This document shows positions 1-10,235 of a DNA stretch of 61,361 bases, piece by piece; the stretch's first letter is position 1, and each line of letters starts with the position of its first letter. The position numbers were made by a program, and so were the translations under genes. The notes beneath the pieces were generated by a model. That model ran no database searches and had not been told where the DNA came from. It saw only the letters and a list, made by a program, of their open reading frames with translations. The DNA is from Terriglobales bacterium (GTDB taxonomy: Bacteria; Acidobacteriota; Terriglobia; Terriglobales; Acidobacteriaceae), in NCBI GenBank assembly GCA_035643915.1, contig DASQPN010000119.1:1-61361 (forward strand), in the 5' to 3' direction.

Positions 1-467
1 TACCAGCGGAGCGCCTCAAGCGAACTCTTAGGCACACCCCGACCATGTTCGTACATGGACGCCAGATTGTTTTCTGCGGTTGCGTGACCCTGCTCGGCGG
101 CCGCGCGGTAGTATCGGACTGCCTCGCGGTAGTTTTGCGCAACGCCCCCACCTCGCTCATACAGGTACCCCAAAGCAAATTGGGCAGCGGGGAGATTCTG
201 CTCTGCGGCCGCGGCATACCATTTGGCAGCTTCTCGATAGTCCTGGCGAACGCCCGAGCCCGCAAGATACGCGTCACCGAGCGCAGACTGAGCGACCGCA
301 TCGCCCCTCTCCGCTTTTTGCTTCACATTCACAAGTTCGGGAGGCACGCTTGCCTTTGACAATTGTTGGGTGTCAGGGGGATTCCGCTCCTCCTGTGCAG
401 AAACCGCAGAAACATAGAACGAAGCCACCACCAACAACGTAATGGATTGAAAGGGTCGCAATTGCAT
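1..467 (-). CDS. Sel1-like (SLR/TPR family) repeat protein with N-terminal signal peptide; partial, continues beyond the window start
   Basis: Not in the ORF track (runs off the edge). Hand translation from ATG at 467: MQLRPFQSITLLVVASFYVSAVSAQ... followed by repeats AQSALGDAYLAGSGVRQDYREAAKWY, AQFALGYLYERGGGVAQNYREAVRYY, AENNLASMYEHGRGVPKS, which is the typical Sel1 pattern. Confidence 0.7.
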   Translation of the reverse strand, partial: MQLRPFQSITLLVVASFYVSAVSAQEERNPPDTQQLSKASVPPELVNVKQKAERGDAVAQSALGDAYLAGSGVRQDYREAAKWYAAAAEQNLPAAQFALGYLYERGGGVAQNYREAVRYYRAAAEQGHATAENNLASMYEHGRGVPKSSLEALRW

Positions 468-714
468 GTCACGTCCTTGCATTGAAGAGGGTCAAACGCT
501 CTCGACCTGCCCTACCCCACTGTGTGCCGACGACTGTGGGCGGTTGGGGTTGGCAGGGCAATGCACAGGTCCACATGTGTCGAACACGCGTGGCTCACGC
601 GGCAATCGCTTGAAGGGATTGCGTTTGCCCGTGAGATCTCTTCGAAAAATGAACCCGGAGCGACGCGGGACACTAACGCCGGTGATCGAAATTCGTCTAA
701 TGACCTAGGGCCCT

Positions 715-2853
715 ATGTCACAACTAGCTTCCCTTCCCCCGCTGGTTCGTTTTGCAGACTTCGAAGTCGATTTTCGGGCCGGAGAACTGCGCAAGCGGGG
801 TCGGAGAATCAGGCTCCAGGAACAACCTTTTCGGGTTTTAACCATGCTCCTGGAGCGATCCGGGGAGGTGGTTTCACGCGAGGATCTGCGCCAGAACCTC
901 TGGCCGGTGGACACGTTTGTGGACTTCGACCACGGTCTGAACAGTGCCGTGGCCAGGTTGCGGGAAACCCTGAATGATTCCGCGGAAGAGCCCCGATTCG
1001 TTGAGACTGTTCCCAAGCGCGGCTACCGCTTCATTGGGTGGCTGGAGGAAGACCATCCGCCTTGGGAGGCCCCTCGATCGGGCCCCAAGGCCCGCCAAAA
1101 GACCTGGCCATGGCTCAGCACCGGTACAGGTCGGATGGCAGGCGTTGCTGCATTTTTTTTGCTGCTGCTCCTCGCCGCCGCAACCGAAACCCGACGAGCC
1201 TCTCGCGGACACGGCCAGACACCGTTGCCCCCAATGGAAATCGTGCCGATGGCCGTCCTGCCCGGCTATGAGGTCGAGCCCGCCTTTTCGGCCGACGGCA
1301 ATCAGGTTGCATTCCGGGAGATTAACGGGCACAGAAATTCCGGAATCTATACCGCCATGGTCGGTGGTGACAGCTCACTCCGACTCACGAATCACCCAAC
1401 CGACTGTTGTGAAGCATGGTCGCCTGATAGCCGGCAGGTCGCGTTCGTTCGCCGCAGCGATTCGGAAGATGATATCTACGTCGTCCCCGCTCTCGGCGGC
1501 ACGGAACGCAGACTGTATTCGAGCCCCCCCGATCTCTATCCCAAGCTGGCCTGGTCCCCGGACGGAAAGGTGCTGGCGTTCCCGGAGAACAACGGCACCA
1601 ACACCCACTCCTGGATCACGCTGCTGTCGCTCGCGGATTCCACCAAGCGTGCGCTCACATTCCCTCCTGCGGAGGATCGTGACGAGGGTCCCGCTTTCTC
1701 CCCGGACGGCTCGCAGGTGGCTTTCATCCGCGGCGCCATTGCCGGCGTTGTCAACAACGTGTTTGTCGTTCCCACGACCGGTGGCGAGCCCAGGCGCCTG
1801 ACCTTCGATAACCGTCCGCTCTTCGGTCTCACCTGGACTGCTGATGGCCGCGAGATCATTTACTCCACGATCCGCGAGGGTCCTACCGCTTTGTGGCGGG
1901 TGCCCACTTCTGGCGGAACCCCGCGCCCCGTAGCAGGCGTCGGCTTGATGGCCTACTCTCCGTCGGTTTCTGCAAAAGGCAATGAACTCGCTTACCAGCA
2001 GGCCATCGGGCGGGACAACATTTGGAGGATTACGCTGAAGGGTGGGAAACATCTGCGGGGCGCGCCGACTATCGCGATAGCCGCCAAAGGGCGCAAATTG
2101 CGGCCGAGCTTCTCCCCGGACGGCAAAAGGATCGCCTTCGAGTCTGACCGGCTGGGTGCCATGGAGATCTGGGCCTGCGACAACAATGGAACAAATTGTG
2201 CGCAATTGACTTCGCTTCACGGCACGGCGGGAACTGCTCGTTGGTCCCCGGATGGCCGCTCCATCGCCTTTGAATTTCACCGGGCTGAGCGCGCCGAGGT
2301 TTACTTGCTGGACATCGAAACGCGCGTCCCTCGGCCAGTCTCAACGATTCCGGGCGCAGACAATCTCGCGCCCAGTTGGTCACGGGATGGTCAATGGCTG
2401 TATTTCGCCTCCCGGCAAGGGAACGGACCGTTTCAGCTGTGGAAGGTCTCGCCGAGAGCTGGGTCGCCTGTCAAGATCACAAGAGCAGGCGGAATTGCCG
2501 CCGCCGAGTCCAGCGACGGACACTTTCTCTACTATTCCAAGTATGAAGCAGACGGAATATGGAGAATGCCCCTGCCCGGCGGCCCCGAAGTCCGGGTCTT
2601 GGATCGACCTGTCGGCACCGAGTGGTTCAATTGGGGGTTGGCGCGGGATGGCATTTATTTTCTAAACACTTCGGCCCCGCCCAGGACGACCATACAGTTC
2701 TTCGAATTTGCAACCCACAGGATCACCGACATCGCGAGTTTCGACAAGCCTTGGGGTTGGGGGTTCGCCGTGTCTCCCGACGGTAAATCCGTTCTGTATG
2801 TGCAGAGTGAATTTGAGGAATCGAACATCATGGTGGTGAAGAATTTTCGCTGA
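715..2853 (+). CDS. Membrane-anchored winged-helix (OmpR/CadC-type) DNA-binding protein fused to a TolB-like PD40 beta-propeller
   Basis: N-terminus FEVDFRAGELRKRGRRIRLQEQPFRVLTMLLERSGEVVSREDL...VETVPKRGYRFIG. One hydrophobic span MAGVAAFFLLLLLAAA. Repeated blades FSADGNQVAF, WSPDSRQVAF, WSPDGKVLAF, FSPDGSQVAF, FSPDGKRIAF, WSPDGRSIAF, VSPDGKSVLY. Confidence 0.8.
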   Translation: MSQLASLPPLVRFADFEVDFRAGELRKRGRRIRLQEQPFRVLTMLLERSGEVVSREDLRQNLWPVDTFVDFDHGLNSAVARLRETLNDSAEEPRFVETVPKRGYRFIGWLEEDHPPWEAPRSGPKARQKTWPWLSTGTGRMAGVAAFFLLLLLAAATETRRASRGHGQTPLPPMEIVPMAVLPGYEVEPAFSADGNQVAFREINGHRNSGIYTAMVGGDSSLRLTNHPTDCCEAWSPDSRQVAFVRRSDSEDDIYVVPALGGTERRLYSSPPDLYPKLAWSPDGKVLAFPENNGTNTHSWITLLSLADSTKRALTFPPAEDRDEGPAFSPDGSQVAFIRGAIAGVVNNVFVVPTTGGEPRRLTFDNRPLFGLTWTADGREIIYSTIREGPTALWRVPTSGGTPRPVAGVGLMAYSPSVSAKGNELAYQQAIGRDNIWRITLKGGKHLRGAPTIAIAAKGRKLRPSFSPDGKRIAFESDRLGAMEIWACDNNGTNCAQLTSLHGTAGTARWSPDGRSIAFEFHRAERAEVYLLDIETRVPRPVSTIPGADNLAPSWSRDGQWLYFASRQGNGPFQLWKVSPRAGSPVKITRAGGIAAAESSDGHFLYYSKYEADGIWRMPLPGGPEVRVLDRPVGTEWFNWGLARDGIYFLNTSAPPRTTIQFFEFATHRITDIASFDKPWGWGFAVSPDGKSVLYVQSEFEESNIMVVKNFR

Positions 2854-2904
2854 CACCCCCTGGCTTCTTCGAACCGCTGCTGGCCGACTCGCCCCCGCTC
2901 GGCG

Positions 2905-3672
2905 TCACACCTCGATCTTCAACTCATCCCGTTCCAGGAATTCCTGCACGATCGGTTCCGGGGACTTCTCCATTTCCGGATGCGTTCCGAAGAAGATCGC
3001 CCTAGCCTCGTGTAGAAACACGATTCGATCTGCCAATTTCTTCGCCAGCCGCATATCGTGCGTGACCACCACGCTGGTCAGGTGAAGTTGAATCTTCAAC
3101 CGCTTGATGAGATCGCCAAGCAACTGCGCCATGAGTGGATCGACCATGGTCGTCGGCTCGTCGTAGAGCACGCACTCAGGCTGCGCTGCCAGTGCCCGCG
3201 CGATCGCGACCGAGCGCTTCATCCCGGTGGAGAGGTCCGAGGGTAGGAGGTCCCGCATGTGTCCAACACCAACCATTTCGAGGAGCCCGTCCACGATCTG
3301 GTAGATCTGGTCTTCCGTAAGGTCTCGGCGCTCGCGCAGCGGAAACGCGATATTCTCTCCCACGGTGAGCGAGTCGAATAGTGCTCCGTTCTGAAACACC
3401 ATGGTGACCTTCTTGCGGATTGCCTCCATCTGCACTTCGTTGTAGTCGGTCACGTCCTCGTGCGCGACAATCACTCGCCCCGAGTCCGGCTTGAGAAACC
3501 CCATGATGTGGTGCAACGCAACCGACTTACCGACGCCGCTGCGCCCCAGGATGCAGACCGTCTCGCCCGCCCGCACGTCGAAGCTAACGCTGTCGAGCAC
3601 ACGCTTGTCTCCAAATGACTTGCTGACATGCTTGAATGCGATGTAGGGCGTGGTTTGGGGATCGTCCGGCAT
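2905..3672 (-). CDS. ABC transporter ATP-binding protein (MlaF-like)
   Basis: Walker A GRSGVGKS, signature LSTGMKRSVAIARAL, Walker B CVLYDEPT, H-loop VVVTHD. Confidence 0.85.
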   Translation of the reverse strand: MPDDPQTTPYIAFKHVSKSFGDKRVLDSVSFDVRAGETVCILGRSGVGKSVALHHIMGFLKPDSGRVIVAHEDVTDYNEVQMEAIRKKVTMVFQNGALFDSLTVGENIAFPLRERRDLTEDQIYQIVDGLLEMVGVGHMRDLLPSDLSTGMKRSVAIARALAAQPECVLYDEPTTMVDPLMAQLLGDLIKRLKIQLHLTSVVVTHDMRLAKKLADRIVFLHEARAIFFGTHPEMEKSPEPIVQEFLERDELKIEV

Positions 3673-3706
3673 TTTGGAACAGTTCTCTGCTCTCGGTTCT
3701 CAGTAC

Positions 3707-4351
3707 TCAGATCCTTGGAACGGGTCGAATCTTGCTCACTTGATCCGCGGCCCATCCGGCCTTTCGCGCCTCGCTCAGCTCTTGCTGCGTGTTTAGATTC
3801 CGAAACATGTCGGGCGAAAAGCCCGCATTCTTCAACTCATCCTCTTCCACCTCGCGAACATTCGCCGGCGCGAACAATGGATCAATCTTGTTTCTACCCT
3901 TGCGCAGCGCTGGTTCCGCAACCTTCACGAACTGCTTGCGGTAGACCGCGCACAGCGGCTGCCAACCTCCGCCCGCGCGCGGCACGGTGATGAGGGCCTT
4001 TCCACTTGCCGCCCGGGCCAACAGATATTCCAGGAATCGAGTCTCCACGAACGGCATATCGACGGCCAGCACCAGGTTCAAATCCGTGCTCGAAGCACGC
4101 AGGGCGGCGTGGATTCCCCCGAGCGGACCGTGGCTCGGAAACTCGTCTTCCACCACCCGCCCAAATTCCGCGAACTTCTGCCTGTGGCCAACGATCCAGA
4201 CCTCGGACGCCACGGCTTCCGCCAGCTTCAGAGCCCTGGCCAGCAACGTCGAACCATTGAATTCGATGAAGGCCTTGTCTGCACCCATCCGCCTGCTCTG
4301 CCCGCCGGCCAGGACGAACGCACTCACCCCGTCCATGTCGCGATCATACAC
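3707..4351 (-). CDS. mobA: Molybdenum cofactor guanylyltransferase
   Basis: FVLAGGQSRRMGADKAF and LVLAVDMPFV motifs; about 200 aa, typical MobA size. Confidence 0.7.
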   Translation of the reverse strand: MYDRDMDGVSAFVLAGGQSRRMGADKAFIEFNGSTLLARALKLAEAVASEVWIVGHRQKFAEFGRVVEDEFPSHGPLGGIHAALRASSTDLNLVLAVDMPFVETRFLEYLLARAASGKALITVPRAGGGWQPLCAVYRKQFVKVAEPALRKGRNKIDPLFAPANVREVEEDELKNAGFSPDMFRNLNTQQELSEARKAGWAADQVSKIRPVPRI

Positions 4352-4471
4352 AAATCACCTTTCCCGAAAAAACATCCACAGGCCAAGTCATAGCAGCGGC
4401 TCGCATTACGCGGACGCCCAAGAAACTCTTACACGAAAGTAACCTATCCAACGCGTCCCAACCGTTAGATC

Positions 4472-5035
4472 ATGAACGCTGTCCGGGAGGTCCGTCCGGA
4501 AGTCAATATGCCTCAGAAACTCATGGATGTCCTCAGGCTCGGGCGCTGTTCCCACGAGTTCTCCTGGCCCCGGCGAGCTGCCGACGGTCACTATTACCAG
4601 GTGTGCTTGTCGTGCGCGGTGGAATACAAGTACGACTGGACCACGATGCGCCGCACCGAACGGGTCGCCCTCACGGTCACGGAGCCGGGCACGCGGCGGC
4701 GGACTCGGGAGAAAAAGCCCACATGGGTTCCCCGGGCGCGGCGGCTCAAGCTGAATCTTCCCGTGCGCTACCGTGTGAAAAATCTGAGCACGTGGTCGGA
4801 AGGCACGATCAGGAACATCAGCCAGTCCGGCGTGCTTTTCCATGGGACCGCTCAGCTTCCCGTCAACGCGCTGGTGGAGATGGTCTTCGAGATGCCCGAG
4901 GAAATTTCTGGCCAGAAGAACAGCAACGTGCTGTGCCAAGCTCGCGTGACCCGGTCGAAGGAAGCCCGAGCTGCGGACGAGAGTTCTGGACTGGCGGCGT
5001 CGATCCTCGACTACAAATTCGTGCATCAGAGCTGA
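4472..5035 (+). CDS. PilZ-domain protein with Cys-rich N-terminus
   Basis: C-terminal half LPVRYRV...GTIRNISQSGVLFHG matches the (D/N)xSxxG PilZ motif region. N-terminus has CSHEF...CLSCAVEY. Confidence 0.5.
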   Translation: MNAVREVRPEVNMPQKLMDVLRLGRCSHEFSWPRRAADGHYYQVCLSCAVEYKYDWTTMRRTERVALTVTEPGTRRRTREKKPTWVPRARRLKLNLPVRYRVKNLSTWSEGTIRNISQSGVLFHGTAQLPVNALVEMVFEMPEEISGQKNSNVLCQARVTRSKEARAADESSGLAASILDYKFVHQS

Positions 5036-5205
5036 CGTTTCGCGGGATTGAACCTGCCTCGCTGCCGTGGCTGGCGGAATTCTGCGGACCTAGCGCTTTT
5101 CCCACCTCAGCCCTCCCGAGCGTCCTCTCTTTGGGCTGGAGAAGACAACCTGCCTGCATCTAAACTAGTATGAACTGAACGACAACAATCCTCAGGAGTG
5201 ACCTT

Positions 5206-6288
5206 ATGAAGGCGAGGACTTCGCTCTATCTCCCCATCCTTTTGCTCATCACGATGATGGGCGGGACTGTGGCCTGCAACCAGGCGCCCAACGACGATCA
5301 AATCAAAAGCCAGCTTCAGGACAGGCTCAACACTGATTCCGGCCTGCAGGGAAAGCAGTTGAGCGTGCAGGCCTCCAATGGCGTCGTGACGCTTTCCGGC
5401 AACGTGGACAACCAAGCCCAGCGAGAGGCCGCGGCGCGCTACTCGTCCGCGATCCCGGGTGTGAGGCAAGTCGTCAATAACCTGCAGATTGCGCCTGCGC
5501 CAGCCGTGGCGGAGGAACACGCCCCGCCCCCTCCGGTCGAAACACCTAAGCCTGCGCCGGCCACCAGGAAGGAGACGCACAGGAAGCGTTCTGCGACCAG
5601 AGAATCCTCCCAAGGTGCGGAGGACAGAGCAGGGATGGGAACGGACATGGCGATGGCCCACCAGGATTCGATGACGCCGGCCGCTCCCGCACCGCCTCCA
5701 GCGCCACCGCCGCCGCAGAAAGTCACCATTCCAGCGGGAACCACATTGGCGGTGCGCCTGGTCGATCCGATTGATTCGGAGAGGAACCAGCCCGGCGAGA
5801 CTTTCAAGGCCACGCTGAATTCACCTCTGTCGGTCGAGGGTGACGTAACCATTCCGGCCGGGTATGACGTTGAAGGTCACATCGTGGACGTCAAAAGCGC
5901 GGGCAAGTTTGCTGGCCAATCGCTGCTCGTGCTGCAACTGGACCGGATCTCGGTGGGCGGCAAGGCGTACAGCATCCAGACGGATCAATACAAGCGTCAG
6001 GGCAGCTCGCGGGGCAAGAACACCGCCGAGAAGGTCGGCGCAGGTGCGGCGATTGGTGCGATCATCGGCGGCATCGCCGGCGGCGGCAAGGGAGCCGCGA
6101 TCGGTGCGGCGGCGGGCGGCGGGCTGGGCGGAGGCGTACAGGCAGCCACCAAGGGTCAGCAGATCAAGCTGCCTTCGGAAACTGTCCTGACCTTCACGCT
6201 GCAGAGTCCCCTGACGGTGATCCCGGCCCAAGGGCCGGATTCGCATCGTCACAGGATGGATACACCACCCGACGACAACAAGCAGTAG
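5206..6288 (+). CDS. Secreted BON-domain protein with Pro-rich linker and C-terminal glycine-zipper segment
   Basis: Signal peptide. BON-like LQDRLNTDSGLQGKQLSVQASNGVVTLSGNVDNQAQREAAARYSSAIPGVRQVVNNL. GAGAAIGAIIGGIAGGGKGAAIGAAAGGGLGGG near the C-terminus. Confidence 0.7.
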   Translation: MKARTSLYLPILLLITMMGGTVACNQAPNDDQIKSQLQDRLNTDSGLQGKQLSVQASNGVVTLSGNVDNQAQREAAARYSSAIPGVRQVVNNLQIAPAPAVAEEHAPPPPVETPKPAPATRKETHRKRSATRESSQGAEDRAGMGTDMAMAHQDSMTPAAPAPPPAPPPPQKVTIPAGTTLAVRLVDPIDSERNQPGETFKATLNSPLSVEGDVTIPAGYDVEGHIVDVKSAGKFAGQSLLVLQLDRISVGGKAYSIQTDQYKRQGSSRGKNTAEKVGAGAAIGAIIGGIAGGGKGAAIGAAAGGGLGGGVQAATKGQQIKLPSETVLTFTLQSPLTVIPAQGPDSHRHRMDTPPDDNKQ

Positions 6289-6307
6289 TGTCAATTGTTC
6301 TCCGAAA

Positions 6308-6332
6308 GGGCGCGGAATCCCGTGCCCTTTTT
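6308..6332 (+). terminator. Rho-independent terminator after the BON-domain gene
   Basis: GGGCGCG (6308-6314) pairs with CGTGCCC (6321-6327) including one G-U, 6-nt loop, followed by TTTTT. Confidence 0.55.
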
Positions 6333-6381
6333 CATTTGAGGAGTTGCTGCTTCTCGTCAACTGTGTTCCCATGGCCTGTTC

Positions 6382-6867
6382 GTGATGCCGCCGATCACCG
6401 CCATCCTGCACACCTCGAACGACGGCCTCCGTCTGGGGCGGGCCCTCGAGACACTCCATCCCTGCGACGAAATCCTGGTCCTCGACCACGGGTCGACGGA
6501 TCAGACTCTGCGCGTTGCGCGAGAATATGCCGCCACCGTCCACGCCCTCGGCCCGGGTCAATCCGCGCGCGACCAAATCCTTATGGCCCGACACCCATGG
6601 GTTCTATTTGTGCTGCCCTCCGAGTCCCTCAGCGAGGCCCTGGAAGCCGCGCTTTTCGAGTGGAAGCTCTATGATGACCGCGAGGTGGCGGAAGTCACAG
6701 CCTGCTCCGTCTTTCTGCGGGAAGAAACCGAAAACGGCTGGGCCGAACTCCACCCCACTACGCGTCTGATCCCGAGATCTTGGAACGCCTGGGAAGACAA
6801 CCTTCCGCGTCACGATCCGCAGAGCATAATGCTCCAGGGCGGTCTGCTGCGCTTCTACCTGCCCTGA
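6382..6867 (+). CDS. Short glycosyltransferase family 2-like protein
   Basis: N-terminus ITAILHTSNDGLRLGRALETLHPCDEILVLDHGSTDQT resembles the GT2 nucleotide-binding fold. At 161 aa it is short for the family. Confidence 0.45.
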   Translation: MMPPITAILHTSNDGLRLGRALETLHPCDEILVLDHGSTDQTLRVAREYAATVHALGPGQSARDQILMARHPWVLFVLPSESLSEALEAALFEWKLYDDREVAEVTACSVFLREETENGWAELHPTTRLIPRSWNAWEDNLPRHDPQSIMLQGGLLRFYLP

Positions 6868-6985
6868 GGCCCTCTCCCTGACGGTTTTTTTTCACAACCG
6901 ATTGTGACGTACCGCATCGCGCGGCGGCGCTCCCTCCTGTTGGTTGCAAGTTCGGCTTGGTGTACCGCAGTTCCAGGAGGAAATC

Positions 6986-7440
6986 ATGTTCCCGCGCAAG
7001 CGTTATTGAATTGCCGCTGCTTTTGTGACCTGTGCGTGATTCGCCATGGCCCAACCAGCACAGCAATCGGCCCAAACCCCAAAGAGTCATCCAGCGCGTT
7101 CCGGTCAAGGCGACCCATGCCCCCTCTGGGGAGGAAATGTTCACCAGCTACTGCGCAGTCTGCCAGGGGGGCCCCCAGGGCAAGGGCAACCGGCCCGGCA
7201 GCGTCGGCCCTGAAATCGCCAACCTCGGACCCGACAGTGCTCGCGCAGAAAAACATCGGGAACCACCTGGCGCGGCACGTCACCAGCGTCATCCGCGGCC
7301 AAGCCGACCTGCCGGCCCATGGCAACCAGGAAATGCCGGTTGGGTGTTCTTCCGGGCTATCTCAGAGCCACAAGAGTGAGGTGCAGCAGCGCACTGAGAA
7401 CCTCAATCAGCACATCGAATCCATCCAGAAGAAGCAGGCA
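6986..7440 (+). pseudogene. Decayed class-I c-type cytochrome gene
   Basis: SD AGGAGG plus ATG 6986. The signal-peptide-like MFPRKRY*IAAAFVTCA*FAMAQ has two in-frame TGA codons (7007, 7037). The heme-motif region GEEMFTSYCAVCQGGPQGKGN is in a second frame (CxxCQ at 7152-7166 rather than CxxCH). GPAASALKSP...AHGNQEMPV...IESIQKK is in a third frame. Confidence 0.5.
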
Positions 7441-7669
7441 CGCTGGGAATCGAGTGGGTGGATCGACTTGTCCCGCTACGCGGGCCAGTGCGCGCTTCGA
7501 GCGCGCCCTCCCCTCCCCTCTCTCTTCCGTGGTGTCGGGCTTGACCGACGTTGCGGGACGCCCCTCCCCCTTGATACATTGATGCCCGAGCGCGAACAGC
7601 CTTTCTGGACGATCCGGGCATCCAAGTAACTAATCCTCCTGCTGTTTCGGACCGCAGAGAATTCCATCG

Positions 7670-9115
7670 ATGGGTCTCGACCGCGAAAGCACGCCAGCAT
7701 TTATTCGCTCCAGCCGGCTTCCGTGGCCGGTGCGCTACGGCGGAGCCTTGCTCGTGGTGGGCGCGGCTGTCGGCCTCTGGCTCCCGTCTTCTCTGATACA
7801 CCGCGACCCGTTTGCCGTTTTCATTCTGGGGGTGGTCTTCACCGCCCGGTTTCTCGGCTTCGGCCCGGCGGTGGTTGGGACTGCACTATCGGTCATTGCC
7901 ATCGACTATTTCGCGTTCGAGCCGCCTTTTTCCCTCGCGATGGCCAGCGCAGATATCGCCAGGCTGGTCATTTTCGTATTCATTTCCCTACTGGCGGCGA
8001 GCCTTGCACGGCAGAGATCCCGAGCCGAAGTCCGGGCCGATCAAACTCTCGAAGAAATGGCCGCCATCGTCGAATCGTCGGAAGACGCCATCTACAGTGC
8101 GACCCGCGAAGGCGTGATCACAAGCTGGAACCACGGCGCGGAAGAACTCTACGGGTATCGGGCCGAAGAGGTGCTAGGCCAATCGGTACTTGTCACCGTC
8201 CCCCCTGAGCGGGCGCACGAAACCCGGTCGAATCTTGCCAAGTTGAGCCGGGGGGGAAGCGTGGAGAGCTACCAAACCGAACGTCGGCGCAAAGACGGAT
8301 CGCTGATCAGCATCCTGCTGTCGATTTCCCCGTTGCGCAACCGGAAAGGCTTGGTCGTCGGAGCTTCTGCGATCGCGCGCGATGTTACTACGCAGCTGCG
8401 CGCGGAGGAGGCTTTGCGGCGTACCGAGAAACTGGCGACCGCCGGGCGTCTCACCGCGGCCATTGCACACGAGATCAACAACCCGCTCGAGGCTATCACC
8501 AACCTCCTGTATCTCGCTCGCCGTGATCCCACCCGAGCCGACCAGCATCTCGAAATGGCGGAGCGCGAAGTTCTGCGCATCGCTGATATCGCCCAGCAGA
8601 CTCTCGGCTTCGTGCGTGATGTCTCCGATACCCGGCCTCTGAATGTCTCTTTGACGCTGGAAGAAGTGCTACAGCTTTACGCTCTGAAAATCACCAGCAA
8701 GCAGATTCATACGAAGAAGGAGTTCGACGAACATTGCGAAATCCGCGGTTTCGCCGGTGAGTTGCGCCAGCTCTTCTCCAACTTGATCGTCAACGCCGTT
8801 GATGCCATGCCACAAGGCGGACAGCTGCGCTTGCGCGTGAGCCGCGCCCAAGAACGGTCGGGAAGCCAGCGTTCGGGAGTGCGGGTGATCTTCGCAGACA
8901 ACGGCAGCGGGATCCCGGACTCTGACCAGGCCCGCATCTTCGAGCCTTTCTTCACCACCAAGAAGGACTCGGGCACCGGCCTTGGCCTTTGGCTGTCCGA
9001 AGGCATCGTCCGCAAGCACGGCGGCCAGATCACGGTGCGCAGTAGCACCCGACCCGGCCGAAGCGGCACTGTGTTCTCGGTATTCCTTCCGCAGGCGGCC
9101 ACGACCCCAGCCTGA
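7670..9115 (+). CDS. Membrane PAS sensor histidine kinase (DUF4118-like TM domain, PAS, HisKA, HATPase)
   Basis: PAS MAAIVESSEDAIYSATREGVITSWNHGAEELYGY; H-box AAIAHEINNPLEAI; N-box LFSNLIVNAVDAM; G-boxes DNGSGIP and GTGLGLW. Confidence 0.85.
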   Translation: MGLDRESTPAFIRSSRLPWPVRYGGALLVVGAAVGLWLPSSLIHRDPFAVFILGVVFTARFLGFGPAVVGTALSVIAIDYFAFEPPFSLAMASADIARLVIFVFISLLAASLARQRSRAEVRADQTLEEMAAIVESSEDAIYSATREGVITSWNHGAEELYGYRAEEVLGQSVLVTVPPERAHETRSNLAKLSRGGSVESYQTERRRKDGSLISILLSISPLRNRKGLVVGASAIARDVTTQLRAEEALRRTEKLATAGRLTAAIAHEINNPLEAITNLLYLARRDPTRADQHLEMAEREVLRIADIAQQTLGFVRDVSDTRPLNVSLTLEEVLQLYALKITSKQIHTKKEFDEHCEIRGFAGELRQLFSNLIVNAVDAMPQGGQLRLRVSRAQERSGSQRSGVRVIFADNGSGIPDSDQARIFEPFFTTKKDSGTGLGLWLSEGIVRKHGGQITVRSSTRPGRSGTVFSVFLPQAATTPA

Positions 9116-9308
9116 GCGGATTGGCTACCAAGGCGCGCGAGCGACCCCCGCGCCACACTTCGTTGATCTGGAAGCTCCTCGGCTGCTAGCAGTTACACGC
9201 ATTTGTCCGGAAGGACACTGACTTCGGTACTCAGCTCTCCGCTGGGGATCAACCGTATAATCAAGGCACAACCAGTGCAATTGAGCACGTTCTGTTGACA
9301 AGGGAGCG

Positions 9309-10235
9309 GTGGATCCTTTTCTGGCATCGGCGAGTGTTGTCCTAGGGCTGATTTTCGGCAGCTTTCTGAACGTGTGTATCTATCGCTTGCCAAGGGACTT
9401 GTCGGTGCTGCGCCCCCGCCGCTCTCTATGCCCTCACTGCCAGCATCAGATCGCCTCCTACGACAACATCCCGGTGTGCAGTTGGCTGTTCCTGCGCGGA
9501 CGCTGCCGACATTGCAACGCGTCGATTTCGCCCCGCTATCTGCTGGTCGAGTTGCTCACAGCGTTTCTCTTTCTGGCCTGCTACGAGCGCTTTGGGCTGA
9601 CGTGGACGACGCTTAAATACTGCACCCTCGCTTTCCTGCTTCTGGGACTCATCTTCACCGACGCGGAAACCAAGCTTCTGCCCGACAAGATGACGCTGTC
9701 CGGCCTTGCGCTGGGTGTCGCCTTCAGCCTGTTCGTCCCGGTGAACGACCTGGCCTCGCAATTTCTGCCGGGCGTCGTTTCCCTGCCGATAAGTTCCGAC
9801 ATTTCCTCGCATCTGCTTTCGCTGGCCGACTCCGTGCTGGGCGCACTCGTGGGCGCCTCGTTCATTTACGGGGCGGGTGCAATCTATCTGCGCGCGCGTG
9901 GAATCGAGGGCATGGGCTTCGGAGATGTCAAATTGATGGCCATGATCGGCGCTTTTCTCGGCGTGAAGCTCACCGTGTTTACGATCTTCGCGGCGTCGAT
10001 CGCTGGATCGCTGTTCGGAGTGAGCACGATTTTCATGGTCTGGATCAAGCGTACCCGGCGCTTCGCCCAGCGCCAACCCGCAACCATGCAGCAAGCCCGC
10101 CGCCGCGCCTGGCGGTCGGCGCAAACCGTCTATCGCCACTACGAGATGCCCTTCGGTGTCTTCCTGGGCAGCATGGCCATGGTGGCTTTCTTCTTCGGCA
10201 ACCGGCTGCTCGACTGGTACTGGAGACTGCTGTGA
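9309..10235 (+). CDS. pilD: Type IV prepilin peptidase / N-methyltransferase (A24 family)
   Basis: GTG start. LGLIFGSFLNVCIYRLP, zinc-type CPHCQHQI...GRCRHC, and the active-site region GFGDVKLMAMIGAFLG. Confidence 0.85.
   Translation: MDPFLASASVVLGLIFGSFLNVCIYRLPRDLSVLRPRRSLCPHCQHQIASYDNIPVCSWLFLRGRCRHCNASISPRYLLVELLTAFLFLACYERFGLTWTTLKYCTLAFLLLGLIFTDAETKLLPDKMTLSGLALGVAFSLFVPVNDLASQFLPGVVSLPISSDISSHLLSLADSVLGALVGASFIYGAGAIYLRARGIEGMGFGDVKLMAMIGAFLGVKLTVFTIFAASIAGSLFGVSTIFMVWIKRTRRFAQRQPATMQQARRRAWRSAQTVYRHYEMPFGVFLGSMAMVAFFFGNRLLDWYWRLL

Noticed and set aside
6885-6892. T8 run after the GT2-like ORF, as a possible terminator
   Set aside because: I could not find a stable stem immediately upstream.
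6904-7629. 241-aa ORF taken at face value as a gene
   Set aside because: Only its middle part (GPAASALKSP...IESIQKK) looks like protein, and that part is one frame of the decayed cytochrome c. The rest is read-through.
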